A stretch of DNA of 64,000 bases, from assembly GCA_001600695.1 (NCBI GenBank), contig BCKQ01000001.1, forward strand, positions 2,028,615 to 2,092,614. Reading direction: 5' to 3'. Position numbers and translations under genes: made by a program. This document shows positions 24,808-34,593 of this stretch, piece after piece (positions within the stretch are counted from its first letter, which is position 1; each line of letters opens with the position of its first letter). Under the pieces are notes generated by a model. That model saw only the letters and a program-made list of their open reading frames with translations, did not search any database and was not told where the DNA came from. The stretch is from Ascoidea asiatica JCM 7603 (Eukaryota; Fungi; Ascomycota).

Positions 24808-25160
24808 CTATAGCCTATAGGCTATAGTTGATACAGCTTAAACCCATAACCGATAGCCTGATGTGCGGTTCTACGGCCGTGGCAGAGATACCTGGTTTCC
24901 AGTTCCGTGACTGGAAAGTATCGGATACTGAAACATCCGCCAGTGTGGCAAAACTCCGCGATATTGCGTTGGTGGAGAGCGCGCTCCGGGAACGCCCCTG
25001 GAACGCAACGCAAAATCAGCCGCGTTGGGCTCTGGAGTGCTGAAGCGCAGTGCTGAAGCGCAGTGCTGATTGCGGTGCTGATTGCAGTGCTGGCAACGGT
25101 GCAAATTGCAGCGATGATTTCGATCCGTAGATCTGATCCACACCAGCGCTGAATCGAAGC
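24808..25160. other. GC-rich island with palindromes, hairpins and GTGCTG-based tandem repeats upstream of ATG32
   Basis: 20-bp perfect palindrome CTATAGCCTATAGGCTATAG at 24808-24827, TTTCCAGT/ACTGGAAA stem, CGGAT/ATCCG stem, GAGCGCGCTC, and GTGCTG(AAGCGCA/ATTGCR) repeats at about 25037-25093. Confidence 0.6.
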
Positions 25161-25821
25161 GACAGACTCAACAACGTTATCAGTGCTCACAGTAGTAAAG
25201 AGTATAAAGTGCTATCCAACAGATTCAGAAAACCACCATAATATTCATATAACAAACATTATCAATTTTAATATTATCTACATATCAATCACAGTAATAA
25301 TATATCAATATAATATAATACAATACAATATAATAACAATAATATAATAACAATAATATAATATAATATAAACCTGAATAATTATCTGAATCACTTTATT
25401 TGCACCTCTTGCTGGTATTCCTACTTAAAATCCTACTCTTATTTTTACTCTTATTTCTAACGTTACTCTATTTTTTATTCTTTACTTCTTGACATCTTGA
25501 ATGAGATAATTATACTCTTTTTATTTATCGTATTCATTATAAATTTTAAAAAAATATACTTTTAATTAACATTATTTTTATAATATTATTATTAAAATTA
25601 TTTCAAACTCACACCACCTTATTCATTATTCCTTCTTCAATTATTAATTATTTATTATTAATTTAAATATAATATAATATAATATAATATCTTGTATTTT
25701 AATAACTATTAATTTCAAATTAATTAAAAATTATATTCTATCTAAATACATTTCATATTTCTTTTTAATAAAATTAATATTCAGACTATTATTTAATATT
25801 AAAACAAAATTACTATAAAAA

Positions 25822-27307
25822 ATGAATTCATTAAATAAATCATCTATCAATCAAAATCAAAATCAAAATCAAAATCAAAATCAAAATCAAAATTTGAGAA
25901 ATTCTTCAAATACAGATTCAAGTTTATCCGAAAATAATATTTATTTTCAAAATATAAGTCAAAATCAAGATCATCAAGACCATCAAGATAATCAAGATAA
26001 TCAAATTCAAGATCAAGATCAAGATAATCAAGACAATCAAAATCAAAATCAAGATCAAAATCAAGATCAAAATTATAACGATAATGATCATGATAATTTC
26101 ATATTATCTTCACCTTCTTTCTCTTATCAAAATGTTTTATCTCCAAATATTCAACCACAATCTGCTTCAATGGATTTAAGTAATTCATTTTCTTTAATAT
26201 CTTGGAAATCTATCGATTCTGATAATTGGTCTCCAATTCCAAATAATACAATAAATAATCAATTAAATTTAAATTTAAATCAAAATTTAAATAATATTAT
26301 CAACAACAATAACAATAATAATAATTCTAATATCAGTAGTGGTAATGGTAATGGTAATGGTAGTGATAACAAAAGTAATGATAACGATATTATAAGTAGC
26401 GGTAATAGTAATTCTAATAGTAATTCTAATAGTAATACAAATAGTAATATAAACAGTAGGCTTAATTTATTAAATAAAAATAAAAATAAAAATAAAAATA
26501 GAAATAATGATTTAAAATCAGATAATGTTATAAATAATATAAATAATACATCTAAAGCAAATTCAATTTTATCAAGTTCAAGTGATAATGAAATCAGTGA
26601 TGATATCGATCATATAAATAATAAATCAAATATTAATTTAGATTCATATATAAATTTGAATATAAATTCAACTAAAATTAATCAAATTAATAATAAAGTA
26701 AAAGATAAAAATAAAAATAATGATAAAAATAATGATAAAAATAATAATTCTGATGATTCTGATGATTCAGAAACTTTTGATCTTAAATTAAATCAACCTT
26801 TATTAACTCCTCAAGAAATTTTTAATAATTTTAATATTAATACTGATAAATCTCAAGAGATTCAAAACTCAATTCAAAATTCAATTGATAATGATAATTT
26901 AGATAATAGTAATTCAACTTTAAAAAGTTCATTATCAAAATCATTATCATTATCATTATCAAAATCAAAATCAAAATCAAAATCAAAATCAAAATTAAAA
27001 TCAAAACAAAAATTTAAATTGAAATCAAATAAATCAAATAAAAATTTAAAAAATCTTAAAAATTTATCATCATCTTCATTTATTATGCCAAAAATGACAA
27101 TTCATAAATCTTTAATTTCTGGTGGAAAATTTGAAAAAAAATTTATAAAAATTTGTTTAGTTGGTGAAAAACCAATTTTAATCAATATTCAAAATAATTT
27201 ATTTAAATTATTATCTTTTTCAAATAATTTTAATAATAATAATAATACCAGTAATAATAATAATAATAATAATAATCCCAATCCAAATACCAATACCAAT
27301 ATCGGAG

Positions 27308-27340
<33 letters not shown>

Positions 27341-27516
27341 GATATGATTATGATTTACAATTTACAACATTAAATAATTCAATTGATTTAATAATATTAG
27401 TTTTTGATAGATTTAATGGATTATATTCAAAACAATTATTTGATGTAATTTCATCTTTTAATAAACCAATAATTCCTGTGATTTATACAATAAGTTCAAT
27501 TAATACTGGTTATACA

Positions 27517-27565
<49 letters not shown>

Positions 27566-28527
27566 GTGGGAATAAAAATTTAAATTTAAAAGATGAACTT
27601 GGATTTCAATTTAGTGATACTACACTTTTATCAATATTACAAACTAATTATAATTTAAGAATAAGTACATTACCAATTGTATTAAAAGATTCAAGAGATT
27701 ATTCAAAATTATTAAATGATATTTTTATAATTAAAACTTCACATTCATTAATTAATTCAAATAATAATCAATTAAGTTATGATAGTAATAATGATAGAAT
27801 TTTAATTCAACAATTAGCTTCAAATTGGGCATTTAATTTATTAAGACCTTCAAGAAAAATTTCAAATTCAAATTCAAATTCAAGTTTAAATTCAAATTTC
27901 AATAGAAATTTTATTAAATTATATAATTATAAAGAAGAATCTAATGAATCGAATTTAATTTTAAATCTTAATAATAAAAATAAAGATAAAGATAAAGATA
28001 AAGATAAAGATAAAGATAAAGTTAATAAAAGAACTAAAAAAAAGGATTTAAAAAATTCAACATTAGATAATATTGATCCATTTAATTTAAATGATAATAT
28101 TTTAGATATTGGATTGAAAATTGGAGCAAGTATTGGAATTATTTGTTTATTTTTTTATATTTATTATAATAAAAATAATAAAGAATTATTAATTAATTTA
28201 CTTATAAATTCATCATCAGAAAATAAAAATCTTAATATTTTAAATAATTTAAATTTAATTGATGAAAAACCAATATTAAATCCAATTTCAAAAACTAAAA
28301 AAATTATTTATAATTTTTTTTCAATTTTTTATCCATTAAAATTATTTTCAAATAAAAATAATTTCATTGAAGATATTTCTATTGGAAATCAAAATTTTAA
28401 TAATAATAATAATAATAATTTTATTAATGAAATTGGTATTTTAAAATCATTAGTAATTTCAAGTACTTATAATCTTATTGTAAATACAAAAGATTTTCTT
28501 TTCACATGTTTTTATTACCTTCATTAA
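25822..28527 (+). CDS. ATG32: Mitophagy receptor Atg32 (greatly expanded by low-complexity sequence)
   Basis: Collinear Atg32 landmarks: AIM-type SWKSI, Atg11-binding-type ILSSSSDNE, SSFIMPK motif, alpha/beta pseudo-receiver-like segment (KICLVG...IDLIILVFD), and a single C-proximal TM (IGLKIGASIGIICLFFYIYY). Confidence 0.75.
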
Positions 28528-29082
28528 TTCAATTTCTCAGATTTTTTTTCAAATCTAATTTACTTTTCATGGATTGGTTTTTTTGGATCAATTTTTTTTA
28601 TAATATTGGAATTATTATACTTGGCTGGTTTAATTTTTTTTGTTATAATTTATTATTTTTTAAAGATTTTTTGAAAATTGTTTTTTTTTTTTTTTTTTTG
28701 ATAACCTCATTGATTCTCTTCAATTTTTTCCAATTTCTTTTTAAGATTACTCTATTTTTTACAATTACAATATAAGTTTCTTAAATAATTGTATAATTTA
28801 GCTTAATCTCTTTTTGCTTTACAGTTCTATCAATCATATCACTTTTAATAATTTTAAATCAAATTGATTTTCTCTTTTTATATACAAATACATATACCGA
28901 AATTAATATTTATCAATACTTCATAATAATCCAAGCCCTACACTTTTTGTTTGGGTTCTTTAGTGCCATATTTCATACATGGCCTGCTGCCTGTGCTGCC
29001 TGTGCTGCCTGTGCTTCGTGCACTGCTTCCCTTGAATTGACTTCTGCTGCCTGTGGTTCGGTGGCAAATTTGACAACGGAGC

Positions 29083-29121
29083 GAGTCACGTGGATATCTC
29101 AGACAACAACCCACGTGACTC
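29083..29121. promoter_or_regulatory. Inverted pair of GTCACGTG (Cbf1-type) sites upstream of RSC1/2
   Basis: GAGTCACGTGG (29083-29093) and CCACGTGACTC (29111-29121) form a perfect 11-bp inverted repeat with a 17-nt spacer. Confidence 0.6.
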
Positions 29122-29528
29122 CGTTCAAATGACGATTTTCTGTCTTTTTCAATTACAAAACGAAAAACAAAAAAAACGAAAAACAGAAACAGACAAAGAC
29201 AAAGACAAAGAGAAAGAGAAAGAAAAACAAAGAAAAACGCCATTGAAAACCAGTTCAAATTCAATCTCAGAAAACAAAATTCAAAGGCAGATCAAATCCA
29301 AATCTTCAGTAGTTTCAAATTCAACTCTGGTAGAAACTCGATACTTTATCCCATTTGCACTGTTTGCACTGTTTGCACTGTTTACCTTTATCACTATTTT
29401 ATTTTAATCTCTATTTCGACATTATTATTCATTTTTCACTCAATATTCACATAATCTATCTCACTTTCGGATATATCCAATATTACCTAAATTTAACCTT
29501 AAATAAATCAACAATAATATTATTATTA

Positions 29529-29567
<39 letters not shown>

Positions 29568-29616
29568 TATATATATATACACAAATACAGTATATATTCT
29601 TTATCAATTAAGAAAT

Positions 29617-30075
29617 ATGGCTTTATCTCCTCAAGAGAAAAAAACTTTATCAAAAAGATTAACTCCATCTTTTGAAACAATTTATGATTTATCTGCTCCT
29701 CAAGGTTATAAAATTTCTGAAGTATTTCATAGATTACCAGATAGAAAATTAAATGATTATTATAGAATGATTAAAAAACCATTATCTTTACATTTAATTA
29801 AAACAAGTTTAAATAAATTAAAATATAATAATCCAAATGATTATATAAAAGATTTAGCACAAATTGTATGGAATGCAAAAACTTATAATAAAAAAAATAG
29901 TGAAATTTATAATTGTGCAATAATCTTAGAAAATCATATTTTTAATAAAATTTTACCTTCAATTTCTCAAATTAAATCAATTAAAGAAATTGAATCAAAT
30001 ATATTTTATCCAAATTTAGGTCCATTACCAATTGATGAATCTGATAATGAAGAATCAATAGAAAATAAAGTTATC

Positions 30076-30131
<56 letters not shown>

Positions 30132-32220
30132 AATAAATAATGAAATTGATATATATGCAACAAGTCCAATTTATGATCAAGAAAATGAAAATGAAAATGA
30201 AAATAATTCAAATTCTCCAAATGGAACTGTAAATAATTCTGAACCTGATTCTCAATTGATTTCTCATCAAAATATTTTAAAAGATCAATTAAAAAATGCT
30301 TTATATAAAAATAATTCAATTAATTCAATTAATTTAAATGATAATATAAATAATTTAAATAATTTAAATAATTTAAATAATTCAAAAAATATTAATGATG
30401 TAAATAATACAAATAACAACAATAGTAATATGAAAATTACTAGTACTCCAAATTCAACTATATCTAATATAACATCTTCTTCAAATCAACCCCAGATAAA
30501 TCAACAAGAATCAAATAATATTTCTATGATTCCAAAACAACTAAATTCTCAACAACAACAACAACAACAACAACCAGAATCTAATAATAATAATAATAAT
30601 AATAATACCAATAATAGTTATCAATTCTCAAATTTAACTTCAACTTCAAATTCAAATTCAAATTCAAATTCAAATTCAAGAGCTACAGCTTGGCCAAAAA
30701 GAAGAAGACCACCAGTAATTGATAAACCTCATGAACAAAGAATAAAATCTTTAAATAGATTAATTAGAAAAGAAAAATATTCAAATTCAAATTCAAATTC
30801 TTTTTTCTCAAATTATTTCGATAAAGAACCAATAATTAATTTAAATTTATATAATGATTTAATTTCTCAAAAAAATTCAATTTCTATAACTTTTGATATA
30901 ATTAAATTAAAAATTAAAAGAAGAAAATATAATTCTTTAAAAGAATTTATTAATGATTTAAATATTTTATTTAATAATTTTAAAAGTTTTTATTCTTCTC
31001 TTCTTATAAAAATTAATACTACTACTAATAATAATATAAACGTCAATAATAATATGGCAAATGATTTTGAAATTAAACAAGATGCTGAATTTAAATTACA
31101 ATTAACTATAATATTTGAAAATAAAGTTGCTCAAATTATTAAAGAAGAAGAAAAATCTTTTAAAGAAATGAATCAAATTAATTCAATAACTTCAAATAAT
31201 AATGATTCAATTCATCCAACAAAACAAAATAAAATTCCAATTGATATTTTAAATTTAAATGATAAAAACTATAAAGTTGGTGATTGGATTTTAATTAAAA
31301 ATCCTTCTGATTCATTAAAACCAATAATTGGTCAATTATTTAGAATTTGGAAATTATCTGATGGTACTAAATGGATTAATGCTTGTTGGTATTATAGACC
31401 TGAACAAACTGTTCATAGAGTTGATAGAATGTTTTATAAAAATGAAGTTTTTAAATCTGGTCAATATAGAGATCATTTAGCTTCTGATATTATTGGTAAA
31501 TGTTTTGTTGTCTTTTTCACAAAATATCAAAGAGCTGAAATTCAATTTGAATTAGAAGGTCCTTTATTTATTTGTGAATATAGATATGTGGAATCTGATA
31601 AACAATTTAATAAAATTAGAACTTGGAAAGCTTGTTTACCAGAAGAAGTTAGACATCTTGAAGATACCTATTCTTATACTCCTTTAAAACAAAATAGAAT
31701 TTTTAAAAAATTTGAAAGTCCAATAAAAAATCTTTTACCAAAAAATGCAACAATTAATGATCCAATTCCAAATTCTTTATTTACTGATATTAATTCTCCT
31801 CCAAAAGGTGCTGTATATTTAAGAGATCCAAATTCTTTAGAAAATTTAGATATTGATCATCCTGGTCTGGATAATAAAGCTCCAAAAAGTAGTAAAAAAG
31901 AAAGATCAAAAATAAATTCAATTACAAATTCTCCTCTGGGTTCTTCAAATTTATCTAGATCTATATCTCCAAATACTAATAATCTTACTATGAATACAAG
32001 ATTAAATAGTTTAAATACTCCAAATAATAAATTATTTAATCAATCACTTCAACATATTCCAAGTCCATTAGCTGGAATGCAAAATTATCCTTTTAGTTAT
32101 TATAATCCTTCTTCATTAAATAATTCTCCTGTTTTTGTTCCTAATGCTGGTTTAGGACAATCTATAATGCCAATGGTTGGTCAACAATATTCTTACCCAC
32201 AACAAAAAACTCATAATGCC

Positions 32221-32273
<53 letters not shown>

Positions 32274-32790
32274 AACTAATAATAATTATAATCACACTGA
32301 TAAAAGATTAATAACTTTAACATCTACTTCAGGATTGACTTTAACACTTCCTTCAAATATTCAAAGTTCTATAGATGAAGAAACCAAAAATAATTCAACA
32401 TTAGCAAAAATGGATAAACTTAATGTTTATACAAAAGCTAGTTTTTCATCAAATATTCGTAATGATAATTTTAATAAAAGAGTTAATCTTGAAGGGGCAA
32501 AAGATGGTCCAATGATATGGTATAAATCTCCTCCTGTTTATATAACGAGTCAAATTCAAAATAGTAATATAATGAATAACAATTACAACAAAAAAAGAAA
32601 ATTAGATCAATTTCATAATTCTAGTTTCAAAGTTGATCATGACCAGGAAAATAAAAATAATAATAATAATTTTGAATTAAATAATCATGGAATTAATTTT
32701 CCACTAAAGTGCTCTCATAGTATTGAATATTTGGCATATGCGATAAAAAAGAAAAAACTATTATCTCATGAAAATGATCTAACAGAATGA
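29617..32790 (+). CDS. RSC2: RSC chromatin-remodelling subunit Rsc1/Rsc2 (bromo-bromo-BAH)
   Basis: Bromodomain 1 (DYYRMIKKPLSL...WNAKTYN), RPPVIDKPHEQRIK linker, a second bromodomain, BAH domain (WYYRPEQTVHRVDR, FICEYRY, KIRTWKACLPEEVR), C-terminal HSIEYLAY motif. Single pre-duplication RSC1/2 orthologue. Confidence 0.9.
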
Positions 32791-32947
32791 ATTTATATTC
32801 AAAGAGTTAAAAAATGTAATTTGTATAATAAGATTATTGTAACTGATTGTCTGCTGTTATAAATGCATAATGTTTTTACTAGACTAAATATATATTATAT
32901 AGTGTATACTAAAGATTATTATTATGATCATAATAAACTGATATAAT

Positions 32948-34159
32948 TCAAACATAGACTTTCCTAGCACTAGCCTTATTCAATCTGTTGATTAATGCCA
33001 TTGATTCTACATCATCGCTTGTCGAACGAGTTAAAAGTACGAAAATTGTTTCAACATTATCACATTCATCCAATTCTCGAAATAATCCAAAAAGATTATG
33101 TTGCATTTCATCAATGTTCTTTCCTAAAGGTCTTACTTCACTAAAAGTAGAGTTTTTAATCTTGTCTCCTTTAGTAAACAACAATGAATCCTCATATATT
33201 AAACTCAATTTTTCTGCATCTTTGTAGTTGCTTGCTATAAAGTCAAGAAATACGTCAAGTTCTTTAGCAATAATAAGTATCACAGGAGCATTAGGGCAAT
33301 AATGTTCATATTTCATACCTGGAGTTCTAATTGGCCCTACTGTAGCTTTATTAGCTAATGGATAAGTGACATTTTCAAATCCTTTAATTTTTTGAATTTG
33401 ATTCATTTTTAACCCGCCTGGCCTTAAAATAACAGGTGGTTCAGACAATCCATTGATTACTGTACTTTCTAAACCTATATTACAAAATCCTCCATCAAGT
33501 ATTAAGGGTATTTTATCTTTCAAATCATGAAGAACATGACTAGCTGAAGTTGGAGATGGTTTTGTACTAGAATTTGCAGATGGAGCAGCCAAGGGAGTAT
33601 CGGAAATTGAAATGAGTGCTCTTGCAATTGGATCTGATGGCATTCGAACAGCGAAAGTAGAAACCCCATTGGTTGTTAATTTGGATAATGGTGAATTTTC
33701 CCCAACTGGTAATAGTATAGTCAAAGGGCCTGGCCAATATTTTTCAATTAATGGTCGATACACTTCCGGAATCTTTTGAGAATCTTTTGATAGAATTAAT
33801 CTTTCTAATTGTTCAATTGATGATATATGAGTAATTAAAGGATTATCTGCTGGTCTATTTTTGGCTGTATATATTAACTTGACTGCATCATCAGATAAAC
33901 AAGAACCACCAAGTCCATAAACAGTTTCGGTTGGAAAAGCCACAACTTGATTTCGAGCTAACAATGAAGATGCTTCTTGAAGATGTTTTAAAGTTGTTTG
34001 ATCTGTTATAACAGGTTTATCATTTTCGAATTTAATAGAACTTGGATCTATTTTCAACACTTTTGTATTTACAAGTTTAGAAAGCTTTCCAGGAGGTGAA
34101 TTGCTTGATGACATTTTTCTAATTAATCTAAAGTTACAGGAAAAAATAGTTTTCAACAT
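32948..34159 (-). CDS. SUA5: Threonylcarbamoyl-AMP synthase (t6A biosynthesis)
   Basis: VAFPTETVYGLG, KNRPADNPLITH, WPGPLT, APSAN, GLEST, LRPGG, PGMKYEHY. ATGs at 34159 and 34114. Confidence 0.95.
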   Translation of the reverse strand: MLKTIFSCNFRLIRKMSSSNSPPGKLSKLVNTKVLKIDPSSIKFENDKPVITDQTTLKHLQEASSLLARNQVVAFPTETVYGLGGSCLSDDAVKLIYTAKNRPADNPLITHISSIEQLERLILSKDSQKIPEVYRPLIEKYWPGPLTILLPVGENSPLSKLTTNGVSTFAVRMPSDPIARALISISDTPLAAPSANSSTKPSPTSASHVLHDLKDKIPLILDGGFCNIGLESTVINGLSEPPVILRPGGLKMNQIQKIKGFENVTYPLANKATVGPIRTPGMKYEHYCPNAPVILIIAKELDVFLDFIASNYKDAEKLSLIYEDSLLFTKGDKIKNSTFSEVRPLGKNIDEMQHNLFGLFRELDECDNVETIFVLLTRSTSDDVESMALINRLNKASARKVYV

Positions 34160-34593
34160 CAATTTTGAAAAAAAAACGAAAAGATTTCGAATAAATTTAA
34201 TTTCACCATAATTCTGCTTTAAAATTGAATTTATCAATGAATGATTTCGAAAATTAGTTAAAACTTCAATAACTAGATAAGCAACAAAGCAAATTAATCC
34301 AAGAGGGTCTCAAATTCCGTGTAAAAAAAGATATTCCAGTAAGCGCGGATTAATAAACCGTATATATACTAAATCCACAAAAATGGCTTCAGAAGACGAA
34401 AATATTGGGTTTTTTCTACAAAGTTCTTGATTTTAGTTATGTTCGTTTTCATTAGTTGTTAACAGTCCTTTAAGTTTTTTTTATCATTATTCATGATGTT
34501 TTCTCTATTAAAGTAATAAAAATGTTAGAAAACAGTTAAAATAAAAGAAGTAATCGTTGATCATCGTGAAGTACAAATAAAACTGCTCGTATC

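Noticed and set aside
24822-25190. Overlapping short ORFs in the GC island (also those at 20740-21091, 28938-29407, 37501-37755, 48079-48394, 56470-56961)
   Set aside because: Stop codons are rarer in GC-rich patches. Many starts are non-ATG, codon usage is atypical and no domains are recognisable.
28506-28775. Hydrophobic 89-aa ORF overlapping the ATG32 stop in the -1 frame (possible frameshift extension)
   Set aside because: T-rich 3' regions give similar Phe/Leu/Ile ORFs after several genes here (20318-20701, 24313-24603). There is no recognisable motif, unlike the LRR case.
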